DNA of 64,000 nucleotides from Catajapyx aquilonaris. Its lineage: Eukaryota. The first letter of the stretch is position 1. Each line of letters opens with the position of its first letter. The position numbers were made by a program, and so were the translations under genes. The notes under the pieces are model-generated. The model had not been told where the DNA came from. It worked only from the letters and a program-made list of their open reading frames with translations, and did no database searches. Of the stretch, positions 50,552 to 64,000 are shown piece after piece. The stretch covers positions 1 to 64,000 of the forward strand of contig KZ538097.1 in assembly GCA_000934665.2 (NCBI GenBank), written 5' to 3'.

Positions 50552-52924
50552 GACTGATGCTATATATAATGGAGCACATTGTTAGGGGCACAACAAGATA
50601 CAAAAAAATAACTGCGATATCAATTATCAAAAAGTGACGCACGAATCTGGACCACTCTGTATTTTGATCATCTAGCTATCATGACCACGCGCGGTACGCT
50701 CGGGACAAACAGTAATATTATGCATAAGTAAATGGAAAGTTGTCGATATTGCACCAAATGACTGCAATGTGTCTTGCACGGCCGAGTGAATAAATGTGAG
50801 GAGTGCATTAGCAGAGTGCATCTGATAAACATCCATTCTGCAAAGTGGCAAGTTTGTACGCCACTTGATGCGGTTAGGCAAAGATTTGCTCCAATTTCCT
50901 TCCACGCTTGTAGATTTCGGGGAGGAATGGCGGAAGGGAATTTTCCCACCACCACCTTCAAGTTCACATTGGGAGTGGCATCGATCAGGACCTAAATGAT
51001 TTTTCGCCCCCATCTCCTCTTGCCGCACCTCCTCCTCCTTCTCCTCCACTGTACTCGGTGGACATGAAAAGGGGGAACCCCAGGAAGATGACTGGGAGGC
51101 TTCTCAATCTGCTCGAGTGCTGTTGATGGCTGGGGATTTTCCTCCCCAAACACCAAGGAAAGGTGCCAAGTCACCCGTGCTTTAATAGCCCGCCTTCAAT
51201 TCCATCCTACCAAACTGTGGCCTGATTGGTTTCAAGTAGCACCAACCTTCACCATATGGACTCATGTCGTTGGCCCCTCCAACTACTTTTTTTGGGGGCA
51301 ATTTGAAAAGCGTCACGGCCGACAGGTAATAGAGCAAACAATTTTATAAAATTATGCAGTTTCAGCAGCTGCGGGATCGAATCGATTCGCTGTTATTGAT
51401 TGAACGCCAGGAAGGTGGGTGGGACCCATTTCCCCGTGTTATTCGTCCCTAAACGGTCATTAAAACGGCACGATTTGCCAGATTGTCACCGGTGTAAAAC
51501 GCCGCTTTTTTGTGTGTGTGTGTGTGTGTTTACTCGCTTGAAGTCATCCTGGGAGTTAGGCCACCCAACATACTCCACCAACGCGTACTGCTTGATTCGC
51601 GCTATTGCACAGTTTCAACCAGACAGGACTAAACAATACCACGTGAATTTTTGATAGGCTGTAGTTGCGATCTACTTTTGCAGCGTAAGTAGGCCTACAT
51701 GCACTAGGCAGCCCGGGTATTAATTATTCAAATCGAAACTGTATGGGACTCCCAACTCAAAATGAACTTGTCTGAAGTACTCGGCGCATTCAAAAGGGGG
51801 CCTAAATATCAACAATGACGATTCCTTCGTACACTTGCATGGAAACACATCAACCATAAATCAGTCATCCTGATCCTCACTTAATTACACCATTGTGTCC
51901 ATGTTATTATAAGGAAGTAGGACTTGATTGCCGCTCGATAAAACAGGCCAGCAATAACTCTACCACCCCCTCCCCTGCATAATGAAATCAGTGTAGGCCT
52001 GTCCAATTTTTCCTACATAATTACATCCCTAGCGCAGCATGTCCTGGCATACTTGTGTCACTCGGATCGATTTATTCAGTGGGGGTGAAAATGCTTATAT
52101 ATAGCGAGAAGAGGGCATTAGTGTGGAGGGCATCGTCCGACTGTCGTTGGCGTCGTCCTTTAACCCCCCCCCCCTCCAACTTCCCTCCCCAAAAACCTCC
52201 ACCCCCCCCCCCTTTTCCCCGTCGTCGTCGTCGCACTAATTTCCCTGAGCCCAGCTCCCAGGAGCATAACCCAGGGGCCGCCAGCAACTTTGCATTCGGG
52301 ACGTGAGGTGCATCAACAGGCCAACCTTTTCCCCCATACCTCCAGGCTTGTTTCTCTACACAGGTCGCTTCTGAGTAAAAGGGAGCTCGGGATCTCATGT
52401 TATGGCGGTCGTGCCCGCAAATGCTGCNGGGGACTCGGGAGATGCAGGAGGACAGCAGTGTGGCGGCACTAATTATTTAAAAACCGGGCTGGAAAACATG
52501 TAGTTAGTTGCTATTGGTGTGGGAGCTACCTGGATGAACATTGACAAACTCGATTGCTACAGAGAACAGCTGTTTTTTTTTAATTTAAATTTTATTGTTA
52601 TTGTTTCCGTTTTGAATTTTATATATTTGGATTTTTTGAATTTGAATTTGATTGGTCTTGAATCGGTGCGCTTGACTTCTCTGCGGGATTCAACCTGGTA
52701 TTTTTTTAAAAAAGGTGGATATAATAAAAGTTCACCAACTTACGTCTCAATAAGAGAAGGTGGGCGGGAGCAAAGAGACTTAATGCAGTAATTAGCCATA
52801 TTATTATTCCCAACCTAGTTTGCAACTTGGCATACTGCAGTCTGCTCTACTATAGGGCATAATTATACTGCAGTCGACGAAAGTAAGAACATAAATCGTT
52901 AATTATTGCTCTGAACTATGGCTG

Positions 52925-52925
<1 letters not shown>

Positions 52926-53005
<80 letters not shown>

Positions 53006-53028
53006 ATAATAATAATAATAATAATAAT
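52926..53028. repeat. Compound microsatellite (TTA)~26(TAA)~8
   Basis: Read directly; forms the tail of SINE copy 3. Confidence 0.97.
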
Positions 53029-53307
53029 GCATACCCCGTTATCAGCCTATCGGCTCTTTAGGTTTAGGGGGGAGGTTTTGTTTTGCTTGGAACTCTTTGC
53101 TTTCATTTTACTGCGCTTTTTGGGATAGGATAGGGACGGAAGGAAGCGGCTGTGGCCTATTAATTACGGAAACAACTCCGGAATTATCCTGGAAGGACCG
53201 TGGGAAACCACAGAAAACCAAGGTCAGAGTTGCTGGCCCCGGGATTTGATCCCAGGACCTCCCGATTAGCAGTCGGACACCATATCCCCTACTCCAAACT
53301 GCTTCAG
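52929..53307 (-). mobile_element. tRNA-derived SINE, copy 3, with expanded ATT/AAT tail
   Basis: Reverse complement of copies 1 and 2; TSD TGAACTATGGCTGTTTA (52912-52928) / TGAATTATGGCTATTTA (53308-53324). Confidence 0.92.
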
Positions 53308-56300
53308 TGAATTATGGCTATTTACGCAATGGGTGTAGATGTGACCTATATACTGTAATATTCTGCCTCTTTTGGCAGTAGCCTAATTATGAAGAAAATA
53401 CTCCACTGATGATTTTTTATGCTAAATTTGTACATCACCATGTATGACACATCATCAAAAATGTGACTATTTCAGTTAATTTCTCTTAATTAATGACTAA
53501 TTAAAATTTGATTAGTTGTGTACACTGTGCAGATTGATGCAGGCCTACAGTCATAAAATAGCATTTGCTAAAGTCTGCTACCTGGTTAGAAAAGCTTCGA
53601 TTGCTAAAATTATGGCAATTACCTCACACATTTTGGAACAGGCCAAAATATGCATCGAATCGAGATAAAATAATTCCACCGATTACATTGGAATATCCTG
53701 ACCCTTTTCCTTACTTTTACGAAAAATCGTTCATACTTGACCCAGCCAGATACTGCATTGAAATGTTGATATACATTTGCTCCGACCATTTTTTAGACAC
53801 CCAGGAAATCGCATCGATTTTTCTTCCCTTTGAAGCTCATCGAATTTGTGGAACCTCGGGTAATCGATACAAACTGTAAATTAAAATCATTGGCATCATC
53901 CAAAAATTATCTATCTAAAAAAACGTATTCATCTTCAAGAATTCCAGTTTGCATAAGCAGCGAAACAAGCAGTGTACAAAACGCTCTTTGAAGAGAGCTT
54001 GTACTGTTTAAAGGCCATAGGAAAAAAAAAGCATGAGATAATGGCGGACACTGCAGGCTAGGGGCCAGACTGACGCGAATGAAACATGTTTCTGCTAGGA
54101 AATACCCGCAAGGGTTTTCGCAGTGGAGACGAAATGGAAGTGAGAAAGCACGATTATGCGGAGGGAATTAGTAGCTTTACATGTCTGAATAATTCTGTCA
54201 AGTAGGAGAGAGAGAGCAAAAGGGTGGGGGGGGAGGGGCGACTCTTGAATTTATTTGCAAACAATGAGTAGGTGGTCCTAAGGCCTTGACCTGAGAAGAA
54301 AAGGTGGTGAGAATGGATTTGAGAGATTTGCGTGAGAGAATCGTTTCTGGGCCACTACCGAAAATCGATTCGAAGACAGTTGGAGATGGTGGGCTGGAAA
54401 GAGGGGAGGGGGGGGGGGTGAAGTAGGGTGTATGTAATGGGCCTTTTTTTTCTGCAGGATGACCCGCAGTCAAGACTGCGACTTTTCCTGCGGACTAGTG
54501 CGACTGTATGTTCAGATCTAGTGTAGGCGGGGAGGATACATCCTACGTTTGGAAGGGTATTTAATGAGGATGTGCAAATGGCTCTCTTGTTGGAGTATAG
54601 CCCAGGACGGAAGATGCTTTGCCAATTAGGCCACTAGGGATGGGGATGTGTAAATGCAAGTTTTGCAATTGATTTTTTTTAAAGACTGGACACTGACCAA
54701 GAATTGAGGACTGATATTTTTTTTTTAAAAAAAAAAAAGAGCAGCGATTTTTCACTGTACCGCTTCTTGGCTATGGGGTGAACCGGGTGCTTTGCAGCGT
54801 TTGAGTGCCTTGTGCTATGGATCGATTATCGAAGCTTGTCATGCGAGTGAGCTGTAATAAATTCCTCCTCCAAAAAGGCTGAGCTGCTGGGTCGCTCCCA
54901 ACACCCCTACTCCAAACTTGGTTACTACGGAATTTCCGCCGGGAATTTCTCGGGATGGAAGTGCCTTCCTTTTTTTTTTTTTTACTTCTGCTCTGAGAGG
55001 ATGAGGCGGTCTTTTTCCTCGCGCGATGACTCATTGAATTCTTTAGCTCTTTTTGGATGTGCAGTATTATTTTGGTATCAATAACTACATCCAGATTTAT
55101 ACCCTGCGGTGAATGTGTGTACATGTAATTGGGTTTCCGATTGAACATTTTAATGAGGAACTGGGAGAGGGGAGGGGGAAAAAAAAATTACCTACCCCTC
55201 ACGGTTGAAATCGCTGCAATCATTATGGAACTAGCACGACGGCAAATATTCCCCCAGTATCATTTATTCCACATTCCAGATTGCCATCTAGCTGTACTCT
55301 TTTTTACCGTTGAAAATTCCTCACGGATCATTTAATTCCTGCAGCCGCCATAAGCCAAATCGCCAACGGAGAAAACAATTCTACCCCTGCCTGGTTTTGG
55401 AAATTCCCACAATAGATGGCACCGACGGCACCAAGCAACACTGATCACCCGCTGGCAAGATACGCCATACATTTTCAGGCTTGATAAACAACTCTGTATA
55501 TGTGCAAGGCAACATTATAATATCAGGATTGATACAGGATGGTCGGAAATACATATATATATTTTTTGCGACGTCTATCCAGATTTTCCCTTTTGAAACC
55601 GGGCGTCCGTACAAGTTATCGACTGGAAAACAAGTCCCGTAATGTGGCAAAGCAGACAGATTTGTTGTTACGGGATCCACGTCCTGCCAGAATGCTCCTA
55701 ATTATCATACAAATCTGCCACAACTGCGCGGCTGGCATTATTACTAAAATTGATATTTTTTTTTTCAAAGTGTCGTACTGTACGACACAGGATCAATTAT
55801 GGCCAATAGGTACACTAATAACCCCGAGTGTCGATCCAGGCTTGCGTGCTCACCAGCACACTTTAGAGGCATCCCGGAAGCTCTCCCCTTTTTGATAAAA
55901 CCTCTAGCATCCTGGGTCTATAACCTTGCTGTCGGATGTGCTACTGTATCTCGCAAGGATCAAATGTGAGCAGAAAGACGATGAAGGACGCTAGTTTATT
56001 CACTTATTCACGGGCTTACCCCCCCGGTTCTCTGTGTATGGCCGGTCAAAGCGGAGTGGAAACCTCCCAACAAGTGCCAGATCGTTGACCTGCTGACAAA
56101 CTGCTCTTACTCTTTTCCATGCCTGGAATTCCTCGAGTCTTTTTTACCCGACTAGGACTTTTTGGCTACCTATCACCATGGGTTTTAATGACGAGAGATA
56201 CAAGTGTCAGTGAAGCTACTGTGAGTATTTCAGCTGTACGGTATAATTTCAGGTCAGTTATTTATTTCCTGACAATAATTGATTACTGCCACTTTACCCT

Positions 56301-58499
56301 GGAGGCAATCCTCTGCATCCACTTGGACTCTAATGAGTTCTGTTGACCTTTGCCTTGCGTTACTGTGCTTTTTTTTACCCCCTATCCCTGAAGCAGGCCT
56401 GCGCCGTATCACGGACAGCCTGAAAATGGCGGTTGTCGTATAGAAGTGTCCCACTTCATGCCACTGTCCGGATATGCCACGTGATCTATGCATGCGCCAT
56501 GATGTGCGTGAATGTTGTTCACATTACTGATGCTAAAAATGTGTTCTCATATCTATCATTATGGAGGTATTACTGATCGAATGAAAGATTGACACCTGTA
56601 ACTATTCATTGCAGAAATATATGCCATATGGTAATGGGGTATCCCTGTTGAAATTGCGTTTTAGAGATCATATCGGGGGGATTCCAAGGAATATGGCCCA
56701 CTGTTCCTCCTCACCATACTGGCTGGATATGAAACACTAATAATTGCAACAAGGTACCACGCATAATATGCAAATAATTTCTGTTGATTTTAGGCCTACC
56801 TCTGTTTACAATTACTACAAGGCACGCTGCATAAGGTTATTTGACCTGATAAGTGCAATATATGACGCATTTAGTAGTAGTTTTGTGACTGATATTAGTA
56901 GATAAGTCTATTAGTAGCCACCATCCATAATTGAATCATCAGCCAAACTGCACTAATGTCTTGACACATAACAAGATTTCGTATTTTGAATGCAATATAT
57001 CTGTAGAGAAAAATGCGAGTAGTGGGTTGCGCCCGTGATTATTATTGGCCCCGCCTCGATTGCTGCGCTTGAGATAATGAGCTGGTGGTTGTGGCAGTTT
57101 GGGGGCTGGTGGGGAGTGGGGCCCAAACACGGCCGCCCTCCCGCTCTGATGGGGAAATAACATTCTATGGGGTCTTTCGTGCATCGGAAACTGATTCCAA
57201 AGGCCGTCGGGATTTGGAGTTTAAGGCCTTCGAGTACGGTCGGGGGTTTACAGGCGGGGGTGGAGGCGGGAATGGATACTGGGGGGACATCGATTCTAGA
57301 GCCACAGTCGTTACACACACCTCAATGACACACAGAATTGATAAATTTTGCAAGTGGTTGCTCGCATTTTCCCTTTGTGAGTCCGGGGTGTGGTTCGCCG
57401 ATAAATAGCACTTGGGTCCGACTATTTGTGCTCAAGTGACTGATTACGAGCAGTTTAGAGGCCGAGCATTAGTTGGAGTAATCCGTAGACTATATAAAGT
57501 GCCCATTTTTTTGTACAGGGCTTGTGCCGGCATGGGAGATACAGTGTACTTGTTGCAATGTAAAATTCGGTGGGGCCTTGGGCTGTTTACATTACATCAA
57601 ACAGAAACTGGAGTGTATTACATAAACATTATATTACTAGATAACAAGGGCTGTATGCGTCTAGAGCTATCATGAAGACACTGTAGTATTTGCAGCATTT
57701 CTAATCGACTACTAGCTATAGGCTGTATACAGTACACTGTACTTTGTTGAATCAAATAGCTTTTAAAATCCCATCGTGGGTAATGTATACAGCTTGTTAC
57801 AGTATATAGGGCTTGATATAGAGTGGGTCTAAACATCTAACAGTAAGACAAAAAAAGGGGCAAACTCCTGATAGCAGAGGTCGCTTCATATAGGGTGTTA
57901 CGTAAGGATTAGTCAAACTTCTCGGGTGAGTTCGTGAGCACCATAGATTCTCTCTCTGTATAGGGGTACCATTTGGTCTCGGAAGCCTCATTACTGAGAT
58001 TATTAGCTTTAACTGGAATTGGTGAAATACTATGTAGGTTTGCTCAAAGACAGCATATACAGCACTTTTATTGGCCAGTACTAAAGGTATAAAACCTGAA
58101 ATTAAAACTTCCTTGCAACAATTGGACAGTCAATTTAAACAAGCACGGTCCCATGAAGGGACACATATATACCTGCCAGGATATCTTATATAATTTTATA
58201 TGTGACATCAATTACCGTACCTCAGTAACAGGGCTTCAGAAACCCAATGACGCTCCTATACATAAAGTGGTCCCATGATTCCCAGGAACTCGCCCTCGAA
58301 GTTTGTTTGAATAATGAAGAAACACCATGTATAGCTTTGTCATTGGTCTCCGAGGCCTCGTTAGTGAGAAAATGGTCTTCAAACACAAGGTATGAAATAT
58401 CGCCTCATAGGTGTGCGTCCCTCCAAGCGAACTTGCCTTGCAGATGTTATTATGAAATTTTAATTTTTTACTGCTATCACATTATGTGTAACAAGCATT

Positions 58500-58675
58500 C
58501 GCCGAGGAGATGGAAGTGTCGTAAGATGTATCAGAGACACCTCTGAGGTCCTGCTTTCTATCTCCGGGTCGGGCGGAAGATTTTATCACATTGAAAGAGT
58601 TTCGGAGATGTTCTCTCCGTGTTCACGTGGGTTTACCTGGAGTACTCCCGTATCCTCTCACTGCCCCAAAAAAAT
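58500..58675 (+). mobile_element. Old SINE relic with a V-domain-like core
   Basis: GAGTTT...ATGTTCTCTCCGTGTTCACGTGGGTTTACCTGGAGTACTCCCGTATCCTCTCACTGCCCCAAA resembles the V-SINE conserved domain as I recall it; preceded by a decayed tRNA-like head. Confidence 0.55.
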
Positions 58676-61600
58676 TTCGCATTCTACAGTGTCGTACACA
58701 ATTTAAACGCTTTTCCTTTCCTGATCCCTCGTTGCTTGGTTATGATTTTGGTGTGGAAATGATAATAAGGTTTTTCTGACCCACAACTCCTGACCCCAAT
58801 GAACCAACAACAAGTGATCCTCTGGTGCCCAGGAATTAGTATGAGGTTTACATCAATCATTGTGAAACACTCTGCGTACATTATGCTGCATAATCATAAT
58901 GTGAAAAGCAGCCTTCTGTATACACATAAAATAATGTATAACTTGTGAAACACAAATTCATGATTAACATAATGTTCCCTGTGCGAGATTAATTAGACAC
59001 ACTAGACGATTCAGTCAATTCATTGTGTGAAGTACTGGTACATGAAATCGAGAAAGGTTTGTACGCTAATTTGCAAAATGAAACTGTCAAACAGTTGATT
59101 CACACAACCGTGCTTGTAATGAACGAACTGTCGATAGCCATAATATTATTGACTATAAATAAGTTACCCCGTCAGCACGCTGCACCCAGTTTGCCAAACT
59201 GGACATTTTTTGTGTGCAATATAACGGCGTATATATGCTGCTGGCATAGTGGGTTCATTCACCACGCCTTGTGTATTTTTTGCCATTTTTCAGTGTGTAT
59301 ACTGGCATTTTTGCAGATGTCGCACAGGCTGTAACTGAACAAGAGTCTACACACTGCAGTGCATGTGACAGCATGATGCATGTTAACATAATAGTTCTGC
59401 GATAAGGTGTGAAAGGAGTTGAAATAATGAACAGCCAGTAATTATATTAACACCGATAGGCTTATTTCGTGTTATTTCATTAAGAAACTTAGCGGAACCG
59501 ATTTAGCAGCGCGTTACGGGAATTCCTCCATTTAAAACGACACTGCACGCCGTTTTGTGACTGCTGCAATAGGTTCCAGCCTTGTTGCCATAAAGTAAGC
59601 CTATTAACCATACTCCGGGCACTTGAAAGGGCCATTAATCTTACTAAGCGGGGAAAACTGACAGTGCAAAACATCGACATTCAATATTTTGCGGTATGAT
59701 CGAGAGGTTCTACGGAACATTCTCACATAGTCCGCACAGTGTGTCCAAAAAGTCATTCACGTACACGTCTTTTTTTTTGTTTTTGTAACGCGTTTAGCAA
59801 TTTCACGGTGTGTAACATGCGTCGACTAGTAAAAAGCTGTTGTTAACCGGGTAAAAAAGCGTGTCTCAGCAAAATAAAAATATGGCGGCCATGATGTTAG
59901 CATTATTGCCATTAATTTAGTTTGACAAGGAAGCGCAGGCTGTGACTTTTTACTTGTGCGAATTATATATTTGCGCAGCCAAATTAGATCTGACATAACA
60001 TGGCGTGAACTTGCGACATTTCTATAGAGGAGCAGTTATTGCTGGTTATTATGCACAGAGCGGTTGGAGGCCAGAGCACAATATGCCGAGTAACTGTGCT
60101 GGAGAGCCCATCCACGCATGACATGGTTTCAAAATCGGTCTAGCAGGAATGATTGTGCAATTTGGTTGTCTAGATATGGCCGTGATTAGCCGTCAACTTT
60201 TGCTTGTATATTTCGGCGTGGCTCAAGTGTGCCCAACTGGTTATTCCTCCAATCCCACTTCTTTTTTTTCCCCATTCTCTTCTTGGGTTAGACATGCAAC
60301 TTCCGTATTTGCAGTGCTGCCTGGAAACCCGAACACACCGGCAGGAGAGCCTTGAGTCGAAAAACAACTGCAGAAGGACGAACAAACTGCAGCCTCTGCG
60401 AAGTTATTTATAATACTTCAGACTTGGTATCAGATTATTGTATATGGCTTTGTATAATAAGTAGAGGGTAATTGCGGTGGAGCTACTTGGCATATAGCCT
60501 AAAACTAGAAATTAAGCGCAGGTGCTGCGTATCTATAAGTTGGAGGCTTATCCTTGAAAGTCATTTACAGTATTTTATTTATGCTGTACATTTGCACGGT
60601 GAGGTAGCCTAAATGAGATATTGACCTGCTGTCACGCAATTCTCGTGATATGACCAAAGACAATGTAAGCGTTTACAAAAGCGGAGATAAGCTTACACCT
60701 ATTTTTGTCTGACAATACCAAGTATTATTAGCTTCATTCTTTATTAAAGTGAAGATTCGAGGAAATAATCCCACGCCGCGATTACAGAAATGTCTGTAAA
60801 TGTAACGGATATATGCACTACGTCTATACAGTGAATGCTAATCTTGGGCACCAATTTTCGACACTATTATATTCATTGCGTCAGAATGATAATGTGCTGG
60901 ACACTCCCAGGCGTGCAGTCTCAAGATTTCCTTTGCGCATTCAGGTCCAAGTGTGAATTAAGCCATACAACTTTATTGATCATTTCACTGTTGATGACTT
61001 TTCACATGCAAAGAAAGCAGGGAACCCACCCCACCCCCGACTTTTTTTTTCTCAGAGAGCAACTACCTTTACCGAAAATACAACTGATGTGATATTGGCT
61101 CATGTGTTTTTGAGTCGTCCCTGGGTGTTTAACGTAGCGAGTAGCGAGCGTACGCCTTCTTTATTGAACGCCACGCCTGCCTGAACACCCGATTCAAGCC
61201 TAGTGACTCGCTTCATTGTTGACATGATAGTTGTCGGGTGAATGATTACACATCGATCATTCTCCACTTATCCTCGACCCGACTATTGCAAGGGCAACTC
61301 CCTTCCAAAGTGTGCAACCTGCAGTAGGTCCAGCAAGCTGCAATATCTCATATCGCGAATGCATCCCGCTCTCAATCAAGACTCATGAGTGACACAAATG
61401 ACCCATCAGTGTCGCCATTAGTATGGTTGGCAGCACCAATTAACAGGAAGGACTAATGACAAAAGAGACTGCCGGCGATCAATCCGTGGCAGTGGGTCCT
61501 CTGGCCTCATCCTCCCCGCTCAGGCAAGCTGGTGCATGTATGGCCGCCATATTTGGTCGCACCCAGCGTGGTCGCTTCTGTGCACACAGCGACAGTTACA

Positions 61601-64000
61601 AGGCCTATTTTCCTCGCTAAATATTTCCTAAGCTCCGTCAGACAGTACAGATGAATTGTTCAGCGTCTGGCTCGTCCGTCGGCAACAAAGGTGCTGACCT
61701 GAATCATCAATCCTTCTGGGCGCGCCTAATTAATTTTCTCTGCCCCTTCTGCTAGTTACTCCCTCCCTGGTCGTAGTTGGGCCCAGCCCACCCCCGCACG
61801 GTCTCTCGCACGCATCCGTAGCTAAATCCGGAAGACTGGCCCCACCAGAAAGGTTGGCGAGGGCTATAATTATTTTTTGTCCGCACCTGAGGTCCGCAGA
61901 ATATGGGTTAAAAGAAGTTTGGGTCGGGTTATTTTGAGGGGCGCACAGAACGAAGCGGAGGACCTTGCGGCCCGAAAATAGGCAGCGTGTTTACAGCAGA
62001 AGAGGACCAAAACATGAGGTAACTGAACCCCGGGGAAAGAGAGGGTAGTTTGAATGTGAAGCAAGAGATGGAGGTAGGTTTTCCCAATTCCCAGTCCTTT
62101 TGATGTCGGGCGTACAAAGAAACCGCTACCCAGAGTAAAGATGTTTGTTCTTTAGCGCGAGCACAAGAAAGTGAATCTGTGAAAAGTGAGCTAGTAAACA
62201 ATTAATGACTTGCCAGAAGCAGTTGCTGCAATGCCGGTGCGTAAGGCTTGTGTAACATGTGTTTGAGCGACGCAGCAGTGTCAAAACTTGAGTGGATAAT
62301 TATTATGGTCGTTTCTTGAGCCAGGATTATTTTTTTAACATTCTGTACAGAATATTTCTAGGAGGCTTAAAAATAGCTGACACATAGCGGTATCATCTCT
62401 GGCAGGTGGGGGAAAAAATAGTGCGATGGTCACGTGGTTGAGAGATGCATCATGGACGATCATAGCGCTGCAATTTTGCAAGGGTGTTGCTAATGACTGC
62501 TTAGAATGTTGTGGGATATATCCGGCCGATGACCATGATGACTGCATCCTTGGTGAGCATCAACGACCTTCTAAATATTATTCCCCAACCTTTTAATGTT
62601 GATGTTTTCGACAATGGCCTACAAAACATTTCATCATCCCATGGGTGTCAACGGCATCGCACTTGGTCTGTCACAATCGAGGCTATGCTCAAGCTGTCAT
62701 AATAGGTGGTGCGATGGAGGATGCTGACAACGTCCGATTTGTCCTTGTCCGATTCGAAGGTTACACTGCTTAGTCCGATGATTACAGGTAGGGAAAACAT
62801 GAGCCGAGTTTCCCCATAACTATACAACCCCATCCATTTCTTTTATAGAAGGGTTAACAAAAATTGCATGAAGTCAAGGTTATCCCCTCCGCATTTTGCA
62901 AATGGCACTTGGCTTTTGCCTGCACATGCTCTGCACAGGCAAGCCAAGCGAGCGTGTTATGAGCCAGAATGCCTGCCAGTTTCTTTCTGCTCCGCTTGCT
63001 TGGGGCCAACTAAAAAGCCTGATGTGGGTTCCAGACGAGGAACTAACTATTATGTCCGCCTGCTGCTGCAGTTCACTCTGATACCATCCGGGTCAGCCCT
63101 AGCCGGTTGTTCCCACTCAAATGACCCGGAATCAATCCGAATTCAGTCTGGAACCTCAAGTCAGGTGAATAAGTAATGAACCTTGACTTGGACCATCATT
63201 CAACCATTAGCCTACTTGACATGGGATAAAAAACTGACTCGGAACCCGACAGCCTGATATAAATACAGACATATCTGATGGCGCCGGATGAATGGCTGAA
63301 GCGTCGCCGCTGGTCGTACCCATACCCTCACCATTTGATGTTTTATTCTAAAAGCTTCGTCTATCCACGCACGTCCCCCCCCCCCCTCCAAAAAAAGCCG
63401 GAGGGGTATAGAAGGAAGTAGTGATTTACATTTGGAAATGACTACCTCGGGCCTACCCCAACCACCAATTCCTATTCTCAGCTTTACCTGTGTCCGCCCA
63501 CTTTTCAAGTGAAAGACGGGCGTGAAGAGTTGGGTTTAGACTGCACAATTTTAGTCGGAAACGACTTCAGTGAAAACCACAATCTCGGCTCCGAAATACC
63601 ATCGAGAAGTCAAAAAACCTAGAGGCCAGTTGTGGGCACGTTTTAAAATGTCCAGAAAGCGAAACGGGATCTAATAAATTTGATTTCCTAATGTCAGTGG
63701 GAATTATCGCATGGCTGTGCCCTTTGTATAAAATGAGAAGCAAAAAAATACGCATATTTAAAGGAACTGCTACTGCTGACAAACAAAGTTGTCCCTTATG
63801 CCACGTGTTTGTCAGCGCATCTTAAAATAGTTACTAGTAGTTAGCTTCTATCTAGCCCCTCGTGACAAACCTGCATAATTACCCTATAGCCTACACGCTG
63901 AAACTGCTCTGACAGTCTACTGGGAAATACACTGCTATAACAGCAATCTATAACGAGGTAACTTTTTTTCTAAAAAAAAAACGGAAATTATAATTTTGCG

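Larger units (their letters stand above)
49683..50659. mobile_element. Older Tc1/mariner-type MITE containing two nested insertions
   Basis: Diverged ~90-bp arms CAGGGTGTGCCAGATTCGTGGGTCACTTTTTGATAA...TTGTTGTGCCCCTAAC / GTTAGGGGCACAACAA...TTATCAAAAAGTGACGCACGAATCTGGACCACTCTG-TA. Confidence 0.8.

Noticed and set aside
52096..52125. TATA box plus Inr promoter
   Set aside because: Spacing is about 24 nt rather than about 30, and no downstream exon could be supported.
53715..53873. Minus-strand exon between a good acceptor and donor
   Set aside because: All three frames contain stops.
35420..64000. Many 60-128 aa ORFs in the track (e.g. 36911, 55381, 57085, 62511)
   Set aside because: No recognisable domains or consistent splice chain; lengths are as expected by chance. 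Small true exons could still have been missed.

Overview
Eukaryotic, most likely arthropod, genomic DNA (spliceosomal introns, gustatory receptors, tRNA-SINEs); no prokaryotic features, rRNA, true tRNA or CRISPR. 0.2-10.5 kb is a pile of decayed transposons: a CCC-ended MITE, an intron-containing Merlin/ISXO2-like transposase remnant, a 5'-truncated RT+RNase H non-LTR retrotransposon, and a decayed Helitron (spliced OTU protease + AT-hook + Rep + PIF1 helicase) hit by two MITEs. 11.4-16.4 kb holds two tandem gustatory receptor (7tm_7) genes on +; the second is complete (405 aa), the first lacks a clear last exon. 20.0-32.1 kb holds two intact minus-strand genes: iodotyrosine deiodinase (5 coding exons, 307 aa) and a DRAM/Frag1/Sfk1-family membrane protein (6 coding exons, 259 aa). 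33-64 kb has no coding exon I can support: only MITEs, SINEs (including a nested MITE/MITE/SINE cluster) and LINE relics. I found no clearly new biological system. The best leads are a Helitron possibly carrying two deubiquitinase-type domains, a GR that may borrow its neighbour's last exon, and a LINE 3'UTR hairpin motif reappearing inside a MITE 46 kb away.
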